Positions 16,905-25,735 are shown, counted from the first letter of the stretch. The stretch is DNA of 33,072 nucleotides from a virus (IMGVR_UViG_3300033514_000261:1-33072), one strand, 5' to 3'. A program made the numbers and translations. Notes: generated by a model not told the origin, from the sequence alone.

Positions 16905-17213
16905 ATGGGATTAAGAGATATAAAGTTTGGACCTGGAAATAATAATTATGGTCGTGATAAAGACTTAAGAGAAAATGATGAAGTTATGAATAAATTGAAA
17001 TCATTTGTTCAAAAAAGTACAATTAAACAATTTCAAGAAGAACTTAACAAATCTAAGGAAGAAAAAAAATCTGATGTTAAAATAGTTCTTGAATTGACTA
17101 AAGAAGAAGCAAAGGGATTGTTAAATTGTCTTGGAAGGACTATGGCTAAAGGTGATAATCTTACTATTGGAATGGAAATAGAAAATAGATTAGTGGAATT
17201 ATTAAAACAATAA
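16905..17213 (+). CDS. Hypothetical protein
   Basis: Operonic ORF. Confidence 0.65.
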   Translation: MGLRDIKFGPGNNNYGRDKDLRENDEVMNKLKSFVQKSTIKQFQEELNKSKEEKKSDVKIVLELTKEEAKGLLNCLGRTMAKGDNLTIGMEIENRLVELLKQ

Positions 17214-17216
17214 AAT

Positions 17217-17369
17217 ATGAAAAATCACAGATTATGTCCACATTGTTCTAATCTTATGTCAGGTTGTAAATATGGTTATAATTTAAAGATTTGTGAACCT
17301 AAATTAATGACTAAAACATTTTGTCCAATATGTTATAATATAAAAGGAAATTGTTCTTGTAAAAAATAA
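17217..17369 (+). CDS. 50-aa Cys-rich protein (not in ORF track)
   Basis: MKNHRLCPHC...CPIC...CSCKK; fills the gap between ORFs. Confidence 0.55.
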   Translation: MKNHRLCPHCSNLMSGCKYGYNLKICEPKLMTKTFCPICYNIKGNCSCKK

Positions 17370-17373
17370 AAAT

Positions 17374-17595
17374 ATGAAAGATATAAAAGAAGAAATATTT
17401 CATTTCATTTCAACACATGAAGCTATTGTATCTTATGAAATGCATAATAGAGATGAAAATATTAATGTTAGATTCACAACATTTGGTAATAAAGCAGGAT
17501 GTAGAGCAGTTTATGATGTCATTAGTCTATTAGATGAAGATACAAAAGCAAAAGTAATTGAAATGATGAGAAATAAAAGAGTTTCAGATAATTAA
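17374..17595 (+). CDS. Hypothetical protein
   Basis: Operonic ORF. Confidence 0.6.
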   Translation: MKDIKEEIFHFISTHEAIVSYEMHNRDENINVRFTTFGNKAGCRAVYDVISLLDEDTKAKVIEMMRNKRVSDN

Positions 17596-17741
17596 AAGAT
17601 TTCTGAAAATAAATTACAAAAAATTTGGAAAATAAATTAAACTTTTGTAATTTTGTATCCTAAATTAAAAACATCTTCTGAAAAAAGATAAGGTTCTTTA
17701 AAATGTTGAGTTAAATAGTTGAAGATTAAACAACTAAAAAG

Positions 17742-18172
17742 TTTTTTGAAAATAGTTCTCAAAAAATTTGGAAAATGAAAAAAGATGTTGTATCTTTGTA
17801 AAACAATTAGTTCTTTAAAATTATGAATATTAAGTAGTAATACTTAATCTACAAACATTAAGTTTGCAACCTCTAGGAATCGGTATGTTGCAGATGTAAG
17901 TATGCCACACTGAAACAAGACGCTGAAAGCCGATATATAGCCAAGTAAGGTGGTTTGGAGAGATATACCATAATTTTGAAATATGGTCTGAACGAATCCA
18001 TTGGGAGATTCAAAGATGATGAAAATTGTCTTCCTTTAAATAGGTACAAGTAAGGTTCAAATCCTAACCAGATCGCAAACAGTTGATAGTTAAACAACTG
18101 AAAGATTTTTTGAAAATAGTTCTCAAAAAATTTGGAAAATGAAAAAAGATGTTGTATCTTTGTAAAACAATT
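17742..18172 (+). repeat. 67-bp exact direct repeat containing a promoter (17742-17808 and 18106-18172)
   Basis: ttttttgaaaatagttctcaaaaaatttgg...tgtatctttgtaaaacaatt occurs twice. Confidence 0.9.
17985..18075 (+). ncRNA. tRNA-like element without a canonical anticodon
   Basis: ggtctg/cagatc acceptor, gaatc/gattc D arm, ggttcaaatcc T arm. Confidence 0.55.
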
Positions 18173-18509
18173 GGAAGATAAAATGTCTGATTGAAAAAAG
18201 AAAAAAGTTCTTAAAAATTTTGAAAATAATTTAAACTTTTATATCTTTATATAATATATAAACTCACCACCTAAAAATGGTGAAAAAAATAAAGAGAAAA
18301 AAGTTACAAAAAAATTGGAAATTAGAAAAAACTTTTGTATCTTTGTAGAATATAAAATTAGTTCTTTAAAATATTGGGATAAAATTAGAGCGAAAGCGAA
18401 GAAGAGTAAAGTAAACTGTTCTCTGTCTGAAAATAGGGTCAAGGTTTGTGAAAATCTTGTGAAAATATCAGATATAAAATCACTGATACGGATGTTGATG
18501 ATGATTATT

Positions 18510-19196
18510 TGAAACCGCAGGAAGTAAGTTAAGTTATCATATAAGTATGGTAATGTTTACCTGAAAGGGTAAAGTGGTTGAAACCAAAGGAAGTAAAGCG
18601 AGATTTGAAACTGCAAGGAGTAAATAAATGAAACTGGAAGGAGTAAAGTTTTTGAAATCAAGGAGAGTAAAGTTACTGAAATTGTAGGTTGTTTGTTTTT
18701 GAAACCGTAGAGAGTAGTAAAGTTGTTATACTCAGTATAACAATGTTTATCTGAAAAGATAAGGTGGTCGAAACCGTAGGGAGTAAAGTTACAAACATTA
18801 CAATGTAAGTTTTTGAAATCAAGGAGAGTAAAACAGTTGAAATCGCAGGGAGTAAAAGGATTGAAATCGCAGGGAGTAAAAGGATTGAAATCAAGGGAAG
18901 TAGGGAAACTGAAACCAAGGAGAGTAAAAGGATTGAAACCACAGAAAGTAAAAGGATTGAAATCGTAGGGAGTAAAAGGATTGAAATTGAAAGGAGTAAG
19001 GAAACTGAAACTGAAAAGAGTAAAAGGATTGAAACCGAAGAAAGTAAAAGGATTGAAACTGTAAGGAGTAAAAGGATTGAAATCAAGGGAAGTAAGGAAA
19101 CTGAAACCAAGGATAGTAAAAGGATTGAAACTGCAAGGAGTAAAAGGATTGAAACCGAAGAAAGTAAACAACAGTATTGAAATTCGTAGTAAGTAA
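18510..19196 (+). repeat. Array of about 24 TGAAA-N8-AGTA units; strict 24-nt period from 18814 to 19167
   Basis: e.g. tgaaa-tcgcaggg-agtaaaaggat, tgaaa-ccaaggag-agtaaaaggat, tgaaa-ctgcaagg-agtaaaaggat. Confidence 0.92.
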
Positions 19197-19214
19197 CTCT
19201 TTTTTATCTTATAT

Positions 19215-19381
19215 GGCCCGGTCGTCTAGCGGACAAAAATTATAACGAGGACTTTATGTGTTACTCAGTAGGATATAAAGTAGTTATAAAGGACAAAGCA
19301 AACCATTGATATGTATGGAAATACAAGGAGGTTGAGAAAAATTGTAAAAGCTTTACATAGGTTCGAATCCTTTCCGGGCTA
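19215..19381 (+). ncRNA. 167-nt tRNA-like RNA with large inserts in the D and anticodon loops
   Basis: ggcccgg/ccgggct acceptor; gtc..gac D stem; aaagc/gcttt stem; ggttcgaatcc T arm. Confidence 0.7.
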
Positions 19382-19382
19382 C

Positions 19383-19419
19383 AAAATGGAAAAAAGTGAG
19401 TTTTTTGTATGAATATATA
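19383..19419 (+). promoter_or_regulatory. Phage-specific promoter-like motif
   Basis: aaaatggaaaaaagtgagttttttgtatgaatatata resembles the capsid and protease upstream elements. Confidence 0.6.
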
Positions 19420-19444
19420 CATTCACCCACTTTTGGAAAAATAT

Positions 19445-19677
19445 TGTTCTTTGAAGATAGTTTGTTATAGGGATATAACATTAGTATGTAGGAGTGGCTA
19501 ATTCGTAAGGTAACGAGATACCTCTGGTAATTCTTAGGTCAGAAAAGGCGCTTGAAATCGACAACTGTTGGGTCCTAATGGGGAAAGTACATCAAGGTGT
19601 ATTTTGAAAAACCGAGAAATTGGTGTGTAGTTGCACCCTCTACTCGAACAGATATGCATAACTATCTTGAAAGAACA
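19445..19677 (+). ncRNA. Unassigned structured RNA domain, about 233 nt
   Basis: 17/18-bp closing stem tgttctttgaagatagtt/aactatcttgaaagaaca; interior richer in GC than the surroundings. Confidence 0.55.
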
Positions 19678-19689
19678 TCGTTCTTTGAT

Positions 19690-20659
19690 AATATTGAAAA
19701 GATAATATATGGTTCTAATCCTTATAGACCTTACCTGAAAGGGTAAAAGTTTGGGGATGAAACGCAAGAGTTGAACCTAAGTAGTATTAATCATCGTGTG
19801 TGATGATATCTTTCTTCGGAAAGAGCAAATAATGTAGGGTAACTTACAAAAGGGGGAGTCTCTCAACTTCCCACCAGGTCTTCGGATTTGGTTATAGCAC
19901 ACAAACTTCGTCTTTGTTGGCTACTAGTCAACAGATTCATCCGTAAGGACTGGATATAAGGAGTAAGTAATGAGTACATGGTTCTTTGGTAAGAATAAGT
20001 CTTGTAAGCCCCCAGTAATGGGTAAGGAGCAAGATGAATAAGGGGTGACACCCGCACCATTGCGTGTCAACATTATGAATTTGAAAGATAAGAAGTAGGT
20101 AATCTGTCAGAGTGTGGATAGCACAAAGGCTAATTATCAATACAAATGGTGAAAGGAGAAGTCCTGGAATCGTGAAGTATGGTACAGTAGGAATAATCAA
20201 CCGAAACGCATGTTTAGTTAAGTATTTTGTATGCCAAAATCTTATGAAGCTTTGTCTGAGCGCTAAACCGAGACCCTGATATTAGGGTTAAAATATCAAC
20301 TATCTTAAAAATTAATATGATAATTAAAATTTGATAAAAAGCAAAGACTCAGACAAGTATATGACGAAAGTCGTTTAAGTCTTGACATCTTCGGATGAAT
20401 CAAGATCATGGAAACTCGCAAGGTAGAAGTGTTTTATGGAAAGAAGCATCTAAGGGGTTAGCGCCTCTGAATGGCTCGCAAGGTCAAGAGAATTTTGAAC
20501 ATAGAGTAATCATATACTGATAGTGGAAAAGCTACCACTTAAAATAAAGCAACGTCGCTGATAGACTTCCATGAGGAAGTGGATAAGTGTAGAACCTTGG
20601 CCGCAAACTAAGGGTAATGACACGAAGGTATCGGTACTAAACCTGTAATCTCAAGGTTT
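19690..20659 (+). ncRNA. GOLLD-like giant RNA, copy 1 (5' end approximate)
   Basis: No credible ORF; many GNRA/UUCG hairpins; 3' domain gagta..gtggataag..acgaagg..aaacct-gtaatctca-aggttt resembles GOLLD as recalled; tRNA-cluster context. Confidence 0.7.
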
Positions 20660-20665
20660 TAAAAT

Positions 20666-20749
20666 AGTTCAGTCGTCTATTTTGGAGTACTTAATTTAAG
20701 TCAAGACACAATAACAATTGGAGATATGGTTCAAAACCTATCTGAACTG
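20666..20749 (+). ncRNA. tRNA-like element
   Basis: agttcag/ctgaact acceptor; gtct/agac D stem with inserted hairpin; minimal anticodon arm; ggttcaaaacc. Confidence 0.55.
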
Positions 20750-20947
20750 CAAAATCTGATACGTCCTAGTAACCTTGTGAAGTAGGTCATAGTCTTACGG
20801 TTATCATACCTACTTGACAATTTGGTAAATTAGATTTAGTAGTGAGTGAATCTGCTTTACGAAAATTCACCCTCTAAGAACATCATTCACTCTTAGGTTG
20901 ATGGTTGAAATGGGTAAGGAATACCATACATTCCAATAAAAACCACT

Positions 20948-21092
20948 ATGTTTAAAACCCCTTAAAAGGTATAGTAGTAATTTGTAATCAAGTAGCTCAG
21001 TGTTGAGAGCGGTCGAAAGACAGGTCAGTGGTTCAGCGCCATTCTTGAAAACAAATAATTATGTTTAAAACCCTTCAGAAAGGTATAGTAGT
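20948..21092 (+). repeat. About 31-bp direct repeat flanking a tRNA-like element
   Basis: tatgtttaaaacccc..aaaggtatagtagt at about 20948 and 21060. Confidence 0.75.
20986..21050 (+). ncRNA. tRNA-like element with a GAAA tetraloop replacing the anticodon loop
   Basis: tagctcag..gagc D arm; gtc-GAAA-gac; agtgg-ttcagcg-ccatt; tcaag/cttga. Confidence 0.65.
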
Positions 21093-21114
21093 GGTTTGTT
21101 TTGATTGTTCTTTG

Positions 21115-22022
21115 AATAATGATATTTCCTATGCTTGAATAGGAATCCGTAAGGAAGAGATAATATATCGCAAGATATAAAAAGGATAGACATCCATTTG
21201 TTTATTCACCTTAAATCCCAATTTAAGGCCAAATCAAGCAACTCCTTGCTCACCTTTACTGAAAAAGGGTTTCTCTTCGGAGGAAATAAGAGGAAGATAA
21301 GTTTTTAGGAACTTTGGAAAGTATGGAATTTCTTACTTGCCTGTAAAGGGAACAAGGGAAATTTAATAAGAACTGTGGTGGTTCACATCCTAGAATACCA
21401 ACCTTATCGTCTCAGAATTGTAAAAGGAAGATAGTAAAATAGTCCAAGTGATGCAAAAGTAAGGGCGACTATCAGTATTAAGGTTTTGAAAAGAATCTGA
21501 AATACCGCACAAGTAGGTTTAGCAGACTGAAAATGTAAGCTAAGGGTCGGATTTTGTTCTTCAAAAGAGAATGAAACGGTGAACAGGCACTTAGTAATGG
21601 AAAAAACAAGATTAGCTCAGTTGGCAGAGCGATTGGCTTCTAACCAATAGGTCATAGGTTCAAATCCTATAATTTGTAAAAAAGCGAAGTCCTGTTCAAC
21701 ATCAGTAAGAAAAGACGCTTAATTCTTGACATCTTCGGATGAATCAAGAGCAACTGAAACTCGCAAGGTGGATGTTGTTTGATGGAAAATCACACTTAGG
21801 GATTAATTATCTCGAACTGTCCGCAAGATAGGAGGCCGATTGAACATCGAGTAGTACTGGTGGTAATAAAGTTAGTCAATCTTTAAAATGGCAGCGTTGC
21901 TTGGCTAGACTATGATTGAAGGGAAACCTTGATTATAGTGGATAAGTAAAGAAAATAAAGAGTAGCATCTTTATGATAATGTTACGAAGGTGTCAAGTGA
22001 AAACCAGTAGTCTCATGGTTTT
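21115..22022 (+). ncRNA. GOLLD-like giant RNA, copy 2, with embedded tRNA (5' end approximate)
   Basis: 3' domain homologous to copy 1 (26-nt identity at 20380-20405 and 21724-21749); ends aaaacca-gtagtctca-tggtttt. Confidence 0.72.
21606..21678 (+). tRNA. trnR: tRNA-Arg(TCT) embedded in the GOLLD-like RNA
   Basis: attgg-ctTCTaa-ccaat; canonical D and T arms; weak acceptor stem. Confidence 0.8.
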
Positions 22023-22029
22023 AAATTTT

Positions 22030-22066
22030 AAACCCCTTAATCTTCCGAGGATTAAGGGGTTTTTTG
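22030..22066. terminator. Intrinsic terminator between convergent units
   Basis: aaaccccttaatc/gattaaggggttt plus T-run. Confidence 0.88.
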
Positions 22067-22843
22067 TTATTTTAAAGTTTTAATTCTTTCTGTTTGATAT
22101 TTCATTATATCAATATCTTTATTTTCTTTTAATATATTAATAATTTTAATAAACATATCAGTCATAATCCTACAATCAGTAAGGGCATCATGATAATTTA
22201 TCATACTTATATTAAGAGCAGGTCCAATCTTTGACATTGAAGAACTTATTAATCCAAAATCTCTTTCAGATGTTCCTATTGTTTCAATCATTTTTTTATA
22301 ATCTTCATCTGTTTCTGCTAATTTTTGTATTAGTGGAATATAATATAATTGAATGATTTGTTTAGTGTCTATTACTTCTTTTTCATATTTCCTACCATAT
22401 CTACCATTTAACATATTCATATCAAATGCAGCATTCTGAATGACAAATAAAGGGTTATTTTGCTCATCTATCCAACCATAAAATTCATCCAATACCATTT
22501 GTTCATCATAATATTTAGTGTCTTTTGTTCCATAGTGATTAAATGATAATACTTTTTTAATTCTTGAACCGGGTTCATTCATTTTTACTTTAGTTTCATC
22601 AGTTAATTTTATCTTTTTATTAAAAGAATCCTTTTCTGTGAAATCATTTGAATTAAAATTATAAATATTTGATATTGCAGATACTTGAGTTAATTGTTGT
22701 TTTTTATGTCCACCTAATCCAGTAGTTTCAGTATCAATAAATATCCAATCATTAACTGATTTACTTTCAATCCAATTTAAAAATTGATTAATAGATTTAT
22801 ACCATAATTTATGTTCAAGTAAAAAATCAGTATATTTAATCAT
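22067..22843 (-). CDS. DEDDh 3'-5' exonuclease (DnaQ-like)
   Basis: FIDTETTG, QNAAFD and YHDALTD; likely start ATG 22843 (MIKYTDFLLE). Confidence 0.85.
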   Translation of the reverse strand: MIKYTDFLLEHKLWYKSINQFLNWIESKSVNDWIFIDTETTGLGGHKKQQLTQVSAISNIYNFNSNDFTEKDSFNKKIKLTDETKVKMNEPGSRIKKVLSFNHYGTKDTKYYDEQMVLDEFYGWIDEQNNPLFVIQNAAFDMNMLNGRYGRKYEKEVIDTKQIIQLYYIPLIQKLAETDEDYKKMIETIGTSERDFGLISSSMSKIGPALNISMINYHDALTDCRIMTDMFIKIINILKENKDIDIMKYQTERIKTLK

Positions 22844-22902
22844 TGATAAATCTTTTTTCTTTATATATAAAAACTTTTTAATTATTTTATATAATAAATA
22901 GT

Positions 22903-24009
22903 ATGATAAATAATAAAACAATATGTCTTTGTTTAATAGTCAAGAATGAAGCTAAAGTAATTCATAGACTAATTAGGAGTTGTAAACATATCATAGATTA
23001 CTATGTAATATGTGATACAGGTTCAAGTGATAATACTATTGAAGTAATTAAAAAAGAAATGGGTGATGTTAAAGGTGAAATTCATGAAAGAAAATGGATT
23101 GGATTTGATGTTAACCGTACTGAATTAATGGAATTTGCATATAAGAAATCTGATTATCTTCTTATTGCTGATGCTGATGAAGAATTTCTAATTACTGATG
23201 ATTTTTATAAAGAAGATTTCACTTATGATTGGTATCATTTTAGATATGTAGGTGAGATGGATTATACAAGAATTCATTTAGTAAATGCTAATTTAAAATG
23301 GGTATATAAAGGCAAATTACATGAATATATTGATTCTGATGAATGTGGTGAAAGTTCAGAACTTAGTTCAATTACTACATTACATCATGATGATGGTAGC
23401 TCTATGTTAAGAGAAGATAAAATAAAAAGAGATATTGAAATATTAAAAAAAGCAATAATCAGTGAACCAAAAAATGAAAGGAATTATTTTTATCTTGGAC
23501 AAACATATTCAGATAATAAAGAGTATCAAAAGGCTATCATATATTATGAAAAAAGGGTGGAATTAGGTGGATGGGAAGAAGAAGTATATTATTCTATGTT
23601 TAAAATAGGAATTATGCATTATTATCTTAAAAATATAAATACAGCTATTATAAAATTATTAGAAGCTTATTCATATAGACCATCAAGATTTGAAACACTT
23701 TATATGTTAGGTATAATATATAGGGAACAAAATAAATATCATTTAGCTAGATTATTTCAAGTAGAATTATTAAATATGAAATATCCAAGTACTGATATAT
23801 TATTTATTGATAGAACAAGTAGGGATTATCTATCTGATTATGAACTTGCAATTTGTTATTATTGGATGGGTGATTATGAAACTGCTAAAGTTCATGCATT
23901 GGTAATAAAAAATAAGAAAGATGTACCGGAAGATATAGTTGAACAAAATGAAAAAAATTATAATTTTATAATAGATAAAATAGAAGAAATAAAAAAGGGT
24001 TCTCAATGA
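22903..24009 (+). CDS. Glycosyltransferase family 2 with TPR domain
   Basis: CLIVKNE, CDTGSSDNT, DADE and LHE; C-terminal TPR-like YFYLGQTY repeats. Confidence 0.88.
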   Translation: MINNKTICLCLIVKNEAKVIHRLIRSCKHIIDYYVICDTGSSDNTIEVIKKEMGDVKGEIHERKWIGFDVNRTELMEFAYKKSDYLLIADADEEFLITDDFYKEDFTYDWYHFRYVGEMDYTRIHLVNANLKWVYKGKLHEYIDSDECGESSELSSITTLHHDDGSSMLREDKIKRDIEILKKAIISEPKNERNYFYLGQTYSDNKEYQKAIIYYEKRVELGGWEEEVYYSMFKIGIMHYYLKNINTAIIKLLEAYSYRPSRFETLYMLGIIYREQNKYHLARLFQVELLNMKYPSTDILFIDRTSRDYLSDYELAICYYWMGDYETAKVHALVIKNKKDVPEDIVEQNEKNYNFIIDKIEEIKKGSQ

Positions 24010-24019
24010 GAACCCTTTT
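23994..24019. terminator. Bidirectional terminator
   Basis: aaaagggttctc-aat-gagaaccctttt between convergent genes. Confidence 0.85.
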
Positions 24020-24040
24020 AGTTTTATGTAATTTAATTGA

Positions 24041-25735
24041 TTAGATTAAAGTTCCATTTACGTCAGTAACGTGAATTGCCATAAATTGTTTTTCTGGGAA
24101 GAAACCAACGTCAGCAACTGCGTATCTTGATCTGATTAACATTTTAGGAGCCCAAGTTGCTTCTGAAATAAGGCTGATTGATTGAGCCATTAAGTAAGGA
24201 AGGAATAAAAGACCAGGTTGATCTACTGAATTCTTTCTACCTAAGAATACTCTGTTGTCATCCCATCTCATGTTAGGGTCAACATATAATGTCATATTAC
24301 CAACTTTACCTACTGGGTATAATTGACCATTTGTATTAAGGTTTGAACCACCTACAACTGGATTAAGTGTATAACCTGCAATGTCTTGAATAACTGAAGC
24401 AACGTTACCATTTGTTACAATGTATTGTGCTGGACCTACTCTACCTTCATTAGCGATGTAATTAGAAGCATTATTTATCTTGGATAATAATTTTCTTTGA
24501 GCTGAATGAGTTGTTTCACCACCTGGTACACTAGCACTTGCAAAATATGCATCTACATTAAAGTCAAATTTAGAAACACCTGCAACTTTAGGACATGTGT
24601 GTGAAAGTCTGTTTAATTCTGCTAATTTCTTAACTGATTCAACAATTTCTTTAGAAATAGTTTGTGAAAGTTCATTAATAAGAACTGATTCTAATTTTTG
24701 AACAATGTCCATACCTGTTGAAGCTTTGATGTCTTCAATTTCAGTTCTTTTAAGAGCTGAACTAATTTCGATATCACCAACTTGGATAGTTTTAGTGAAA
24801 ACATTTGGTCCAATTTGACCTGGGTAAGTGTTTTCATCTGTTTCTCTGTTCATACCTTTAAAAAGGTTCCAACCTGCTGAGAATCCAGGAATATGATCTT
24901 CCATTAAAGATACTAATTCAACTGTTACACCTGACATAGATGTACCTACAACTGATGAACCACTAAGAGTTAATAAACTAGCATTAGCTAAATTATCTTT
25001 TAAAGATACACTATTAGCTTGTAAGAAAGTATTTTTACTATCTGTTGCAGTTCCTGGATAGAAACCTCTTTCAACAGCTTGTCTAAATATTCTAAACATT
25101 GGGCTACCATCAATTCTTGAGAAACCTAAAAATTCCATCCAACCTGTTTTTACACTTGGTGCAGATGTTGTAAATTCAGTATTTAAAACTGTACCAGTTG
25201 TTAAACCACTGATAGCAACAAACATTCTTTTATCAAGTCCACCAACCATTTCGTGAATACCTAATGCAGTCATTTGTGCATAAAGAGCAGTTGCAAGATT
25301 AGTTGCATTAGTTGAAGCTAATTTGAAAACTAATGGTCTATCACCATCTTCTAAATTATTAGGATCATCATAACGGAAGTCAACGAATAAAAGGTCAACT
25401 TTTGGAGAAGCAGCTGGTTTTACAGAAACTAGGTCAAGACCAATAGTTTGTGCTGCAATTTTCATAGAAATAGGAAGTAAATTTTGTCCTACGTCACCTG
25501 ATCCAACTTCACCACCACCCCATACTTGTCCTGGGATTGCTGAAGGTTGAGCTGCTTTAATTGCACCCATACCTTGTAAGTTTCCTAATGTTGAATAAGA
25601 AACATTTTCATTCAATTGATGTAACTCAGCATATTCTGCCATCCAACTTCTTTTTTCGAAATCTGTTACATGTAATGCTTCAAGAATTGGGGACCATTTC
25701 TTTTCAGCTTTTGCTTTATCTACTATAAAATTCAT
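24041..25735 (-). CDS. gp23: Major capsid protein (T4 gp23-like)
   Basis: KWSPIL N-terminus, LVSVKP, LINELSQTISKEI, LYVDP, GLLFLPY and RSRYA; synteny with protease and portal. Confidence 0.88.
   Translation of the reverse strand: MNFIVDKAKAEKKWSPILEALHVTDFEKRSWMAEYAELHQLNENVSYSTLGNLQGMGAIKAAQPSAIPGQVWGGGEVGSGDVGQNLLPISMKIAAQTIGLDLVSVKPAASPKVDLLFVDFRYDDPNNLEDGDRPLVFKLASTNATNLATALYAQMTALGIHEMVGGLDKRMFVAISGLTTGTVLNTEFTTSAPSVKTGWMEFLGFSRIDGSPMFRIFRQAVERGFYPGTATDSKNTFLQANSVSLKDNLANASLLTLSGSSVVGTSMSGVTVELVSLMEDHIPGFSAGWNLFKGMNRETDENTYPGQIGPNVFTKTIQVGDIEISSALKRTEIEDIKASTGMDIVQKLESVLINELSQTISKEIVESVKKLAELNRLSHTCPKVAGVSKFDFNVDAYFASASVPGGETTHSAQRKLLSKINNASNYIANEGRVGPAQYIVTNGNVASVIQDIAGYTLNPVVGGSNLNTNGQLYPVGKVGNMTLYVDPNMRWDDNRVFLGRKNSVDQPGLLFLPYLMAQSISLISEATWAPKMLIRSRYAVADVGFFPEKQFMAIHVTDVNGTLI

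Noticed and set aside
15842-18512. ORFs 15842..16111, 17873..18097, 18239..18442 and 18315..18512
   Set aside because: Antisense to real genes or spanning promoter and RNA elements; no convincing start context.
18838-19167. CsrB/RsmZ-like GGA sponge
   Set aside because: GGA is frequent but is not the invariant part and is mostly outside hairpin loops; CsrA is not typical of Bacteroidota.
18837-19170. Stop-codon recoding (TAG=Gln) in an LKSQGVKG frame
   Set aside because: The frame contains both TAG and TAA; long genes are intact in the standard code, and TAG ends ORFs at 13791 and 15523.
18510-19196. Canonical CRISPR array, or the minus-strand ORFs 18557..19171 and 18673..19110
   Set aside because: Variable cores are only 7-8 nt. 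The minus ORFs are low-complexity shadows of a purine-rich repeat and oppose all local promoters.
19534-20200. Minus-strand ORFs 19534..19767, 19863..20060 and 19937..20200
   Set aside because: Atypical composition and antisense to a structured RNA.
19440-22022. rRNA, RNase P RNA or group II intron
   Set aside because: No recognisable universal rRNA blocks, RNase P GAGGAAAGUCC, or group II domain V and boundary sequences.
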